NCBI GenBank assembly: GCA_965219385.1
Contig: CBDCNM010000001.1
Location: 1,290,631-1,331,135 of the forward strand
DNA length: 40,505 bases
Source: Candidatus Latescibacterota bacterium
Lineage (GTDB): Bacteria; Latescibacterota; UBA2968; UBA8231
Reading direction: 5' to 3'
Numbering within the stretch: the first letter of the stretch is position 1; each line of letters begins with the position of its first letter. The notes below the pieces were generated by a model. It was not told where the DNA came from. It saw only the letters and a list, made by a program, of their open reading frames with translations, and ran no database searches. This document shows, piece by piece, positions 8,995-18,906 of this stretch. Both the position numbers and the translations under genes were made by a program.

Positions 8995-10449
8995 CTACCC
9001 ACTATAAGCCGTCGAGGAAGTGGTGCCGCCTCGTCCGGTCCAGTTGGTGTGGAAGAATTGGCCGCGCGGTCGGTCGACTCGCTCGTAGGTATGCGCTCCA
9101 AAATAATCGCGCTGGGCCTGGAGGAGATCGGCGGGAAGGCGCTCGGTGCGGTAGCCGTCGTAGTAGGCCAGGGCACTACCGAAAGCGGGTACGGGAATGC
9201 CCTGCTCGACGGCGGTTGCGACCACCCGGCGCCAGGCCGATTGGCTGGTTGCGATGGCCTGGGCAAAATAGGGGGCCAGCAGGAGGTTGGCCAGATCGGG
9301 TTGGGCATCGAAGGCTTCTTTAATATGGCCTAGAAACTGGGCCCGGATGATGCAACCTCCTCTCCACAGGAGGGCGATATCGCCGTAGTTGAGGTCCCAG
9401 TCGTACTCCTGGGCAGCCAGGCGCAAAAGCTGGAAGCCCTGGGCGTAGGAGCAAATCTTGGAGGCGTAGAGGCACTGGCGCACGTCCTCGACAAAGCTCT
9501 CGCGGTTCCCCTCAAAGTGGATCTGGGGGCCCTGCAGGATCCGGGCGGCGGCGAGGCGTTCATCCTTGATGGCGGAAATGGCCCGGCTGAAGACCGCTTC
9601 GGTAATGGTGGCAGCCGGAGCGCCCAGATCCAGGGCTTCTATGCCGGTCCACTTGCCCGTGCCCTTCTGGCCGGCCACATCCAGGACGACATCGACCATG
9701 GGTTGTCCAGTTTCCTCATCTACCTGGTCCAGGATCTCACCTGTGATCTCGATGAGATAACTGTCCAACTCCCCCTGGTTCCAGTCTTTGAAGACCTGGC
9801 TCATGGCGGCAGGGGCCAGGCCCGCAACGCGGCGCAGCAGAGAATAAGCCTCACCGATCATCTGCATATCGCCATACTCGATGCCGTTGTGCACCATCTT
9901 GACGTAGTGCCCCGCTCCGTCCCGGCCGACCCAGTCGCAGCAGGGTGTGCCGTCGTCCACTTTGGCGGCGATGGCCTGGAAGATCTCCTTGACATGAGGC
10001 CAGGCCTCCGGGTGGCCTCCGGGCATGATGCTGGGGCCGGTCAAGGCCCCCTCTTCGCCTCCCGAGACCCCGGTGCCGATAAAGCGCAGTCCCTGTTCGG
10101 CCAGGGTCCGGGTGCGGCGGGTGGTGTCCTGGTAATTGGAATTGCCGCCGTCGATGAGGATATCTCCCTCTTCAAGAAGCGGTGCCAACTCGCCGATGAC
10201 CTTGTCCACGGCGTTTCCGGCCTGTACCATGAGCATGATCCGGCGTGGATGTTTAAGCAGGGCAACCAGTTTGGTGGGCGTGTGGGCTCCCACGATCGGC
10301 TGGCCTTGGGCGCGGCCGGCCAAAAAGTCATCAACCTTTGAAGTGGTGCGGTTGTACACCGCCACGGTGTATCCCCGAGAGGCCATATTCAGCACCAGGT
10401 TTTCGCCCATGACAGCCAGGCCGATCAGGCCTATATCTGCTTGTGCCAT
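8995..10449 (-). CDS. gnd: 6-phosphogluconate dehydrogenase, NADP-dependent, decarboxylating
   Basis: [48 protein letters not shown]. Confidence 0.97.
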   Translation of the reverse strand: MAQADIGLIGLAVMGENLVLNMASRGYTVAVYNRTTSKVDDFLAGRAQGQPIVGAHTPTKLVALLKHPRRIMLMVQAGNAVDKVIGELAPLLEEGDILIDGGNSNYQDTTRRTRTLAEQGLRFIGTGVSGGEEGALTGPSIMPGGHPEAWPHVKEIFQAIAAKVDDGTPCCDWVGRDGAGHYVKMVHNGIEYGDMQMIGEAYSLLRRVAGLAPAAMSQVFKDWNQGELDSYLIEITGEILDQVDEETGQPMVDVVLDVAGQKGTGKWTGIEALDLGAPAATITEAVFSRAISAIKDERLAAARILQGPQIHFEGNRESFVEDVRQCLYASKICSYAQGFQLLRLAAQEYDWDLNYGDIALLWRGGCIIRAQFLGHIKEAFDAQPDLANLLLAPYFAQAIATSQSAWRRVVATAVEQGIPVPAFGSALAYYDGYRTERLPADLLQAQRDYFGAHTYERVDRPRGQFFHTNWTGRGGTTSSTAYSG

Positions 10450-10493
10450 TTCCGTTTTCTCCTCAGTGGTTTTGCAAAAGACCATCCGCTCTT

Positions 10494-12188
10494 TTAGTGT
10501 GTCAGTTCCTGGATTAGTTTCTTTAAGCCAGATTCCACCTCCTGCCCCAAATGAATGCGGAGCACCTGGCGCTGGTTGTCGATCAGGCCCTGGCGGTCCC
10601 CCAGGGCCTGGGCGGCTTTGAGGACCCCAAAGCTAAAGCTCGAAGCGGAAACGCCGGCGGTAGCGGGGATTTCGACATCCTCACCCGCCTCGCTGGTGAA
10701 CTGGATGAAGAGTCCGTGACCGGCGTCTCCCTTGTGCAGCTGTCCGGTCGAGTGGAGGAAGCGAGGACCGTACCCCAGAGTAGTGGCCAGCCGGGTGCGA
10801 TTCCGCAGGACAAGGCGCAGATCCTGGAGAGCGGCATCGGTCTGCGGGTTGGGGTCGACATAGGCCTGCAGGGCGATATAGCTGCAGTCGTCGTCTTCAG
10901 CAGCGCGTTCCAAAAGATCTTCCAGAGCTTCTTTCAGAGACCCCACGGCGCCATCGCTGTACACGGAAATTTCGCCGCTTTGGAAGGTGGGTTCCAGAGC
11001 AGGGAGCTGGCTTTGTTCCCGATAGGCGTCGATCATATCCCGGGCCAGAAGCTTGGCCGCCTCGACATTGGGCTGGTCAAAGGGGTTGATTTCCAGACAG
11101 TAAGCCGCTACGATGGTGGCCATTTCCCAGCGCATAAACTCGCCGCCCAGATCGTAGCGATCATTCAACTCCAGGCAGACCGCAGGCTGGCCGGCATCTA
11201 TCAGAGCCTGAATGGAATGGTCGTGGGTATCGTCACCCTGGAGGCGCAGATAGACAAAGAGACGGTCGGCGGCGTAGACGGAAGGAGGGCCCAGGGGTTC
11301 GCCTTCCACGGGCAGAATCCCCTTGCCTTCTTTGCCGGTGCTCTCGGCGATCAACTGTTCCACCCAGGCACCAAAGGCGGCAAGCGGAGGAGAACACACC
11401 AGAGTGATTTTATCGCGGCCGCCCAGGGCTCCGGCTCCAAGGATTGCTCCCAGCCAGGCGCCGGAATTTTCCTCGGAGCGGGCACACTCGGCGGCCATAT
11501 CCCGGGCTCGTTGCAACAGCAATTCTACATCCATACCGATCAGGACAGCCGGCACCAGACCAAAGAAAGACAGGGCCGAATAGCGGCCCCCAATTTCGGG
11601 ATGGTTGAGAAATGTATGGCGGAAGTTCAACTCGGTGGCCAGATCGGCCAGGCTGCTTCCAGGATCGGTGATGGCCACAAAATGCTCGCCGGCCTGGTCG
11701 TATCCTACGGCTTCGATCGCGCGATTGTAGAAATACTTGAGGAAGGACATGGTTTCAACCGTGCCCCCTGATTTGGTCGCTGGTATGAAGAGGGTCCTGG
11801 CCGGGGCCAGGTGTTCGGCCTGGGTGCGGACTGCATCGGGATCGGTACTATCCAGCACACTCAGTACAAGGCCCCCCTCGGCGGTCCCGAAAGTACGCGA
11901 AAAAACCTCGGGAGCCAGGCTGGATCCGCCCATTCCCAGGAGCAGGGCATGGGTGTAATCGACCCGGCGGATGGATTCGGCTACGGCTTTGATCTGACAG
12001 AGGTGATCGGGCATGGTTGTCGGGCTGTCGAGCCAGGCCATACGGTTGGCGATTTCGGTGGGATCCGGCTTCCACACGGTGTGGTCGCGACCCCAGATGC
12101 GTTCTATGATCTGCTTTTGGCGCAGCCGGACCATAGTTTCATCCACAGCTTGCTTCAAAGAGCCGAGAGCGATGGGCAGCAGGTTCAT
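10494..12188 (-). CDS. pgi: Glucose-6-phosphate isomerase (type found in Tal-Pgi fusions, here stand-alone)
   Basis: [57 protein letters not shown]. Confidence 0.88.
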   Translation of the reverse strand: MNLLPIALGSLKQAVDETMVRLRQKQIIERIWGRDHTVWKPDPTEIANRMAWLDSPTTMPDHLCQIKAVAESIRRVDYTHALLLGMGGSSLAPEVFSRTFGTAEGGLVLSVLDSTDPDAVRTQAEHLAPARTLFIPATKSGGTVETMSFLKYFYNRAIEAVGYDQAGEHFVAITDPGSSLADLATELNFRHTFLNHPEIGGRYSALSFFGLVPAVLIGMDVELLLQRARDMAAECARSEENSGAWLGAILGAGALGGRDKITLVCSPPLAAFGAWVEQLIAESTGKEGKGILPVEGEPLGPPSVYAADRLFVYLRLQGDDTHDHSIQALIDAGQPAVCLELNDRYDLGGEFMRWEMATIVAAYCLEINPFDQPNVEAAKLLARDMIDAYREQSQLPALEPTFQSGEISVYSDGAVGSLKEALEDLLERAAEDDDCSYIALQAYVDPNPQTDAALQDLRLVLRNRTRLATTLGYGPRFLHSTGQLHKGDAGHGLFIQFTSEAGEDVEIPATAGVSASSFSFGVLKAAQALGDRQGLIDNQRQVLRIHLGQEVESGLKKLIQELTH

Positions 12189-12345
12189 GAGGAGTAGTCC
12201 TTTACACCTCCAAGCTCATAGTATGTGTGCTTGTGCCACATTTTTTTGAATTATAGGTCTCTTTATATTAGTTTATATACATAGCTTTTCAGAACAACCT
12301 CAATTTTTTCCAATTTTTCTTTTTTCACAGAAAGGAAATCTTCAC

Positions 12346-12771
12346 ATGCCTAACGTTGTGCAAATTATGAGGGATGAGATCCGTCGCGTTGCACGCAAGG
12401 AAATACGTAGCGAATCTACCTCTCTGATAAACCAGGTACGCAAGTTGAGAGAAACCGTGAAGAAACAAAATCAAACCATAACACAACTGCAGAAATCCCT
12501 TGTCAAATTGTCGCCTCAGTCTACTGCTGTGGTACTCGGAGATTCAGATGACGAACAGCCAAGAGCAAGGATAACTCCAGCATCCATCAAGCGCCAACGC
12601 ACCAAGCTCAAATTGTCGCAACGCGAACTGGGCAAGTTACTCGGTGTGACTGCTACCACCGTAGTCCGCTGGGAAACCGGAACCTGCAAACCACGCGCCA
12701 CTCACCAGGCCCAAATTGCCGAACTCCGCAATATGAGTATACAGGCCATCAAAACCAAACTGGCGAACTGA
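12346..12771 (+). CDS. XRE-family HTH protein with N-terminal coiled coil
   Basis: RBS GAAAGGA; LKLSQRELGKLLGVTATTVVRWETG. Confidence 0.85.
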   Translation: MPNVVQIMRDEIRRVARKEIRSESTSLINQVRKLRETVKKQNQTITQLQKSLVKLSPQSTAVVLGDSDDEQPRARITPASIKRQRTKLKLSQRELGKLLGVTATTVVRWETGTCKPRATHQAQIAELRNMSIQAIKTKLAN

Positions 12772-12882
12772 TCCATTCTCAGGAGGCACAACATAGCGAG
12801 CCAGACTTAAGAAGCCGTCTCAAAACCCCCGGCGGTTACCGTCGATTTACGCACAGTGCGGATTCGCCATTTTCGTACACCC

Positions 12883-12914
12883 AGAGCCTCCGTTCCACCA
12901 GGGACGGAGGCTCT
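12883..12914. terminator. Strong hairpin between convergent genes
   Basis: AGAGCCTCCGTTCC-ACCA-GGGACGGAGGCTCT, 14-bp stem; U-tract weak. Confidence 0.55.
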
Positions 12915-12917
12915 ATT

Positions 12918-13739
12918 CTACTCCCAGTAATCCAGATACTGCATCATTTCCTTCAGCAGGGACAAGTTCTCTCTTTTTCGCGCCCCATTGGCTACTATCT
13001 GTGCTTTTTTTATCAGCATGGCGCACGCCTTATCTCCTTTTTCTTTTTCGAGGTCGGACGTCCCTTTGAGGAATTTGTCGAGGGCATAGACCCTGAAACG
13101 ATCCATGGCATGATGGGCCCGGGATAGTTGGTCGGCATGGCCGCCGTATTTTACCAGCAGTTTCTCATCCAGATAAGCAACCTTGTAGTGATAAGCGATC
13201 CGTAGAAACAGCTCGTAATCTTCACAGGCAGGCAGGGCCTCGTCGAACAAACCAATACGCTCGAAAACACCAGAGTGGATGATGATCGAGGAAGGCGACA
13301 TGCAACACCTCGGCAACGCCTGTAGAAAAATGTCTCCACCAAATTTTTGGTGGTGTTTGTGGGGATTGACCCGCGCGCCATTGCGGACCCAGATCTCGTT
13401 TGTATGACAGATCCGCAACCCCGATAACCTCAGGGCTTCGACCTGTTTACCCAATTTTCCCGGTAGCCATTCATCGTCCGAATCCAGGAAAGCCAGCCAT
13501 TCCCCCCGCGCTTCCACCAGGGCCCGATTTCGCGCCGCCGAGACCCCTTTATTGTGCGGTTGTACCAGCAGTTTGACCGCATCCCCAAACTCCTCCTGGA
13601 TGCGGTCGGGGGTGCCATCCTCCGAGGCGTCGTCGACCACAATCAATTCGCAATCTCGAAACTTCTGCGCCTGCACGGAACGAATGGCCCGACCGACCAG
13701 GTCCCGGCGATTGAACACAGGTATTACAACGGATATCAT
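12918..13739 (-). CDS. Glycosyltransferase family 2
   Basis: ISVVIPVFNR, VVDDASEDGT, GVSAARN, FLDSDD, CEDYEL. Confidence 0.92.
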   Translation of the reverse strand: MISVVIPVFNRRDLVGRAIRSVQAQKFRDCELIVVDDASEDGTPDRIQEEFGDAVKLLVQPHNKGVSAARNRALVEARGEWLAFLDSDDEWLPGKLGKQVEALRLSGLRICHTNEIWVRNGARVNPHKHHQKFGGDIFLQALPRCCMSPSSIIIHSGVFERIGLFDEALPACEDYELFLRIAYHYKVAYLDEKLLVKYGGHADQLSRAHHAMDRFRVYALDKFLKGTSDLEKEKGDKACAMLIKKAQIVANGARKRENLSLLKEMMQYLDYWE

Positions 13740-13761
13740 AAAGGCGTTTTTCTAGCGGCCT

Positions 13762-13885
13762 TCAAAAAATCCCGGCCGTGAAGACCACGGCCGTAGCGTC
13801 CGCGAGCGCCTGCTCCGTAGCTGGGCCAGCAGCCAGTCGGGCACTGGGTAGCTGCCCACCACCGTCGTCTTGATAGTCGTGGCAA
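13762..13885 (-). pseudogene. Remnant of the N-terminus of a cobalamin-independent methionine synthase II-like gene
   Basis: IKTTVVGSYPVPDWLLAQ, then after a frameshift TEQALADATAVVF; nothing further. Confidence 0.6.
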
Positions 13886-13894
13886 ACCTTCCCG

Positions 13895-16120
13895 TCAGCG
13901 GGCAACTGCGGCCTCTTCCAGTTTCTCCACTACCAGGCCCGTCGTGATTACCTCGGGCAGGACAATGGGACGATCCGCCCGGCCGCCGGGCAGAATCACA
14001 TACAGCGGCACCCCGGAGCGCCCAAAGGCCTGCAACAACGCCGTGATCTCCGGGTTGCGATTGGTCCAGTCGGCTTTGATCAGGGCCATATCCATCTCGG
14101 CGAATTTGGCACGCACTACCGCATCTGTCAGCACCGTGCGTTCGTTTACTTTGCAGGTCCAGCACCACTCGGCCGTAAAGTTGATGAACACATTCTGTCC
14201 GGCCGCGACCAGGCCTTCTATCCTCTCTACGGAAAAGGGCTGCCAGTCCAGCCCATCCTCTGACTCTGGGACCATGGCTGCCAGCGCGTGTTCCTCCTCC
14301 AATAGGGGCTGCAGGAAGGCGCTGTACCCGGCGCCGGTGAACGCCAGCGCTGCTATCCATCCCCCTACTCGCTTCCTGGTTGTACTGCGCAAATCCACCC
14401 ATTGCCCCAGGATCCAGCAGGACAGGGCCAGGCACAGAAGAAAAGCCTTAGTCCACACCACCCCCTCCATGCCCACCTGCTTGCCCAGCACCCACAAAAG
14501 CCACAGCACCGTAGCCATCAATAAGAAGCCCATGAACTGTTTAAAGCGCTCCATCCATACCCCGGGCTTGGGCAGGAAACGCATCCAGGCCGGTTCCAGG
14601 GCCAGCAGGATATAAGGCAGAGCCATCCCCAGACCAATACAAAAGAAAACTCCCCAGATAATCCCGGCCGACCGGGAAAAGGCAAACCCCAGGGCCGTGC
14701 CCAGAAAAGGCGCTGTACAGGGCGTGGCCAGAATGGTCGCCAGTACCCCATTGGCGAAGCTGCTGATCAGGCCCTCGCGCCCGGCCACTCCCCCCAGGGT
14801 TCCCTGCCCGCCGGGCAAACGCACGGTGAAGACCCCGAAGAGGCTGAGTCCCAGCGCAAAAACCAGAGCAGCCATGGCCATGACGAAACCCGGGTAGTGG
14901 AACTGGAAACCCCAGCCGATCTGCTCGCCCCCCGACTTGAGCAGGACCACAAGAGCGGCCAGCCCTAAAAATGTCGCCACGATCCCGGCCGCGAAGGCCA
15001 GCCCCAGCTGGCGGATACGCCCCCTTTCTTCACCGGCCTGGGACACGAAACCGAGCACCTTCAGGGAGATGACCGGCAATACACAGGGCATCAGATTGAG
15101 GATCAGCCCCCCCAACCCGGCCAGCAACAAATAAAAGCCCAGCGAGAAGGGGGCCTGATCTTCCCCTTCGAGGTGGAAATCCATGGCCAGCAGCCCTGGC
15201 GATCCCGAAGCCCGAACGCTCCCCAGGTCCAACTCCACGGTGCCGTAACGCACCTCCTCCTCGCCCTCCAGATGGTAGACCAGCACCCCCTGCAGCACCT
15301 GGATATCCTCTGCCCCATAGGGCTGTAGCCCCAATCGCAGCAGCAAGGCCCCCCCATGCCCCTCCTCTGGGGCGCTGGTGGATCCGTCCTGCTGCAACCG
15401 TTGCACCGGCTCGAAGTCAAAGGACTCCGCAGCATTGCTCGGATAAAAGTCGGGAGTAGAGGGGCCCACCTTCAAAGGCTTGACCTGGTGTTCCAGAACC
15501 ACATCGACCTGGATCCCCTCTCCTTTTCCCTGCACCACGTAATCCAGCTTGATGCCCTCGCTCTGTTCGAGGGGCCGGGGGACCCTTGCGCGGTACAACG
15601 CAAAAAGCTCCGCATGCACGGACGTCCTCTTCTCACGGCTTACCGGCAGTTCGAGAACCAGGCTGGTGTCTCCCGGAATACAGGACTCCCGACACACCAG
15701 CCAGGAGACCGTCGCCCCGAATTTCAAAGGTGTAGCGGCGAGGGCGCCATCACCCGGGCCCTGCACCTTGGCCTGCAACAGGTTTTCGTCGGAGTACCCG
15801 TACACCACAAGGTCGCCCGCTTCGGTGTATTTGCTCGGCAGGGGCCACTGTAAAGGTCCCGCGCTAAAACCTGGGGGCAGATCCCATTCGATCTCGGTGG
15901 GCTTGCCGGCATCTCCGCCGAACTCCCAGTAGGTGTGCCACCCCTCCTCCATGCGCAACTGGACGCCCAGATGAAAAGGGTTGCCCGGCTCCACCGCTGC
16001 CACATCCGCCAGCAGGCGGGCCCGCACCGGGTGGGCTCCTCCATCCAGGGCACAGATTTCACCTGCAGCCAGCCCTCCTAGAACCAGGGCGAAAAAGAGG
16101 CTTCTTTTACCGCAGGTCAT
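13895..16120 (-). CDS. DsbD-family thiol:disulfide interchange protein
   Basis: Signal peptide, GWHTYW, LVCRESC, LNLMPCVLPV, ATPCTAP, thioredoxin FTAEWCWTC. Confidence 0.92.
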   Translation of the reverse strand: MTCGKRSLFFALVLGGLAAGEICALDGGAHPVRARLLADVAAVEPGNPFHLGVQLRMEEGWHTYWEFGGDAGKPTEIEWDLPPGFSAGPLQWPLPSKYTEAGDLVVYGYSDENLLQAKVQGPGDGALAATPLKFGATVSWLVCRESCIPGDTSLVLELPVSREKRTSVHAELFALYRARVPRPLEQSEGIKLDYVVQGKGEGIQVDVVLEHQVKPLKVGPSTPDFYPSNAAESFDFEPVQRLQQDGSTSAPEEGHGGALLLRLGLQPYGAEDIQVLQGVLVYHLEGEEEVRYGTVELDLGSVRASGSPGLLAMDFHLEGEDQAPFSLGFYLLLAGLGGLILNLMPCVLPVISLKVLGFVSQAGEERGRIRQLGLAFAAGIVATFLGLAALVVLLKSGGEQIGWGFQFHYPGFVMAMAALVFALGLSLFGVFTVRLPGGQGTLGGVAGREGLISSFANGVLATILATPCTAPFLGTALGFAFSRSAGIIWGVFFCIGLGMALPYILLALEPAWMRFLPKPGVWMERFKQFMGFLLMATVLWLLWVLGKQVGMEGVVWTKAFLLCLALSCWILGQWVDLRSTTRKRVGGWIAALAFTGAGYSAFLQPLLEEEHALAAMVPESEDGLDWQPFSVERIEGLVAAGQNVFINFTAEWCWTCKVNERTVLTDAVVRAKFAEMDMALIKADWTNRNPEITALLQAFGRSGVPLYVILPGGRADRPIVLPEVITTGLVVEKLEEAAVAR

Positions 16121-16163
16121 GGCCGTTCTCCGCTGACAATTGTGTACCTGATTGTTCCGTGTT

Positions 16164-17468
16164 TTACTCGCGAAGTTCTATGCGCGCCCCGAGGCCGATC
16201 AAATCCTCGAAGAACGCTGGATAGGACTTGCCCACATTCTCCGCGTCCAGGACCTCGAGGCCCCGCCGGCAGCGCAGGCCTACGATGCTGAGCATCTGGG
16301 CGACCCGATGGTCGTGGTAGGAGTGCATCTCGATCCCCCCTTCGTATCCCTGGGGACAGCCCCGCACCAGGATCTCGGCCTCGCGCTCCTGACAGTCCAC
16401 CCCGATCCGTTTCAGTTCCCGCACAGGTATGGCAATGCGGTCGCACTCCTTGAGACGCAAATTGCCGATCCCGTAAAACCGGGTCTCCCCCGCGGCAAAG
16501 GCGGCCACTGCCAGCATGGCCAGCACCATATCCGTGGCCGTGTCGCCATCGAATTCTACCCCGTACAACCCCTGATGCCCTTCGAGCTCAACCTGACGAC
16601 CGTCGTATTTTACCCCTACTCCCAACTGTTGCAGCAAAGGGATCACGGCGCGCTCCCCCTGAAGGTCCTCGAAGAGGCGCTCCACTACAATGCGGCTGTT
16701 GGTGACCGCCCCGGCGGCCAGAATGGCCGCGGCCGATGGGTAATCGCCGTTGACTGTGTATTCGCCGGGTGAGTACGCCTGTCCTCCCCGGATCCCGAAG
16801 CCCATCAAGTCCTCCCGGGCTTCCACCTGAATGCCCGCCTGTTGCATGACTTCCAGGGTAGTGCGAACGAGAGGCTTGGACACCAGCCGGTCTTCGACCT
16901 GGAGGGCCAGGTCCTCGCCGATCAGGGGAGCCAGGAAAAGCAGAGCGCTCAGGTACTGTGAGCTTTGCGCCCCGCTCACCCGCACCTGCCCCCCGTGCAG
17001 TTTGCCGCCGCGCAGGACAATGGGCAACCGGCCCCCTTCTGACTCTACGGCTACGCCCAGCTGTTCAAGGGCTCTCAACAAATCGCCGTGAGGCCGCCGC
17101 CCCAGAGAATCCTGGTATGCGGTCCGGAAAGAAACCTCCGGCAACAGGGCTCCCACCCCCATGAGGAAACGCAGGACCGCGCCCGCATTGCCCGGATCCA
17201 CCACCCCCGGATTTGCGGGCCGATCTCCAAAGCCACGTACATGCAAGTGACGACCACCTCGCCCGTTCACGCTTTCGCAGATTTGGGCGCCGAATCCCCG
17301 CAGGCAACGGACCATGGCCCCGGTATCGTCGCTGTGGGCCGGAAAGTGCACCACGCTCTCGCCCTGGGCCAGAGCCGCCACCAGCAAATAGCGAGTAGTG
17401 TAATTCTTGGATGAAGGAGGATCGAGCCGTCCCGCCAGTTGTTCCGTGTAGTGTATTTTTGCTCTCAC
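16164..17468 (-). CDS. aroA: 3-phosphoshikimate 1-carboxyvinyltransferase (EPSP synthase), divergent type
   Basis: PSSKNYTTR, GNAGAVLRF, SSQYLSALL, LRLKECDR, DHRVAQ, KSYPAFF. GTG 17468 preferred as start. Confidence 0.9.
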   Translation of the reverse strand: MRAKIHYTEQLAGRLDPPSSKNYTTRYLLVAALAQGESVVHFPAHSDDTGAMVRCLRGFGAQICESVNGRGGRHLHVRGFGDRPANPGVVDPGNAGAVLRFLMGVGALLPEVSFRTAYQDSLGRRPHGDLLRALEQLGVAVESEGGRLPIVLRGGKLHGGQVRVSGAQSSQYLSALLFLAPLIGEDLALQVEDRLVSKPLVRTTLEVMQQAGIQVEAREDLMGFGIRGGQAYSPGEYTVNGDYPSAAAILAAGAVTNSRIVVERLFEDLQGERAVIPLLQQLGVGVKYDGRQVELEGHQGLYGVEFDGDTATDMVLAMLAVAAFAAGETRFYGIGNLRLKECDRIAIPVRELKRIGVDCQEREAEILVRGCPQGYEGGIEMHSYHDHRVAQMLSIVGLRCRRGLEVLDAENVGKSYPAFFEDLIGLGARIELRE

Positions 17469-17604
17469 TGCCCTTGCGGCTCCAGTTCGTATTGGACGAT
17501 GCGGTAACGCAGGGTATCGCGGCTGTATAGCACCGCAATTCGCTCTGTGGCCCGCGAGCGTGCGAGGAATGGCGTGGGTCGCCGCCGCCTCGCCCGTGCG
17601 GATC

Positions 17605-18624
17605 TCAAAATTTTCCACTGCGCGATTCGTACCTGGTCGGCTTGCCCAGACTCGTCCCCCCCGAGCGCACCCAGTGAGCCATCCAGGCGATGATCTGATC
17701 CGCTGAAATGGCCGGCGCCCCGAATCGGGCCAGCATCTTCGATGCCTCGCTTAGGAGCGCCGTATCGCTCTCTTCGCCAACGAAAATGGGTTCTTGGCCC
17801 AGTGCCGCGCCCAGTTGTCGTGCAATCCACCGCACCGAAAGGACCTCCAGACCGCCCAGGTTGATTACTGTTGACGGACTACTACAAAGGGGGAAGCTAC
17901 GCGCCAGACAGGCATTGGCATCCCCCTGCCAGATCTGGTTTACATGTCCCATCGCCAGGTCAATCGGTTCCCTGCGGCTTACCTTCCAGGCAATGTCGTG
18001 AATGATTCCATAGCGCAACTCGGTAGCGTAAAACAGCCGTATCACAGCCAGTGGAGTAGCTTGTTTCCGACACAGGTATTCAGCCACCCGCTCGCCCCCC
18101 AGACGCGACTGAGCGTACTCGCCGATGGGCCCCAATTCCCCTTCTTCTCGACTGCCCTTTGCCGCGGCCGAAGTGTAGGAGTACACATTCCCCGAACTCA
18201 CGTATACGATTCTGGCCTCGGGATACCTTGCCAGGACCTTGCCCGGCAACCAGGTATTCATCGCCCAGGTTGTGGGCTCATTGCCGGTGGCACCGAATTT
18301 GTAGCCGGCCAGCAAAAACAGGTACGGAGCCTCCGGTAGAGCCGCCAGTCCTTCTTCCCCCAGCAAATCGGCTTTTAAGGTTTTTACCCCCACGTCCTCC
18401 AGGTGGCGCTGATGTTCCGGGCTGGAAAAACGGGAGACTCCGATCACTTTGCGGGCCCCGGCCCGCACCAGTAATTCGGCCAGGGTCGGCCCCATCTTAC
18501 CGCCCACTCCGAGGATCAGAATGTCGCCATTAAGCTGGCCCACCGCCTCCACGACCGCAGCCGAGGGCGCGGTCATCTGCTCGACCAGTGCTTCTTCCGT
18601 TTCGATCAAAGGCAAACCGATCAT
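17605..18624 (-). CDS. NAD-dependent epimerase/dehydratase family protein
   Basis: ILGVGGKMG, SSGNVY, YAQSR, RLFYATELRYG. Confidence 0.85.
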   Translation of the reverse strand: MIGLPLIETEEALVEQMTAPSAAVVEAVGQLNGDILILGVGGKMGPTLAELLVRAGARKVIGVSRFSSPEHQRHLEDVGVKTLKADLLGEEGLAALPEAPYLFLLAGYKFGATGNEPTTWAMNTWLPGKVLARYPEARIVYVSSGNVYSYTSAAAKGSREEGELGPIGEYAQSRLGGERVAEYLCRKQATPLAVIRLFYATELRYGIIHDIAWKVSRREPIDLAMGHVNQIWQGDANACLARSFPLCSSPSTVINLGGLEVLSVRWIARQLGAALGQEPIFVGEESDTALLSEASKMLARFGAPAISADQIIAWMAHWVRSGGTSLGKPTRYESRSGKF

Positions 18625-18906
18625 TAGCGTATAAGGGCCTTATCCTGCACCTCATTACCTTCTAGCTTCACCCTTGAAACACCAAAGAAAACATACTGAA
18701 ATACCCGTCGATGAACAATCCCCAACCCCAGACCCGCAAATCGCCCCTATCTATTGGGGGATTTGCCCCCCTGACGAAATCCTGGAAAAGTCCTGTATCA
18801 CGGCCTACTTATCATCCCTCAGTCCCATGATCGTGGCTTTAGTGCCTGGTTTTTTGTATTGTAGTGTAAAAGCTATAACCCCGGCACCTGCTATAAGGAA
18901 ATTCGC

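Noticed and set aside
12346..12771. Toxin-antitoxin pair or prophage repressor
   Set aside because: No adjacent toxin or phage genes.
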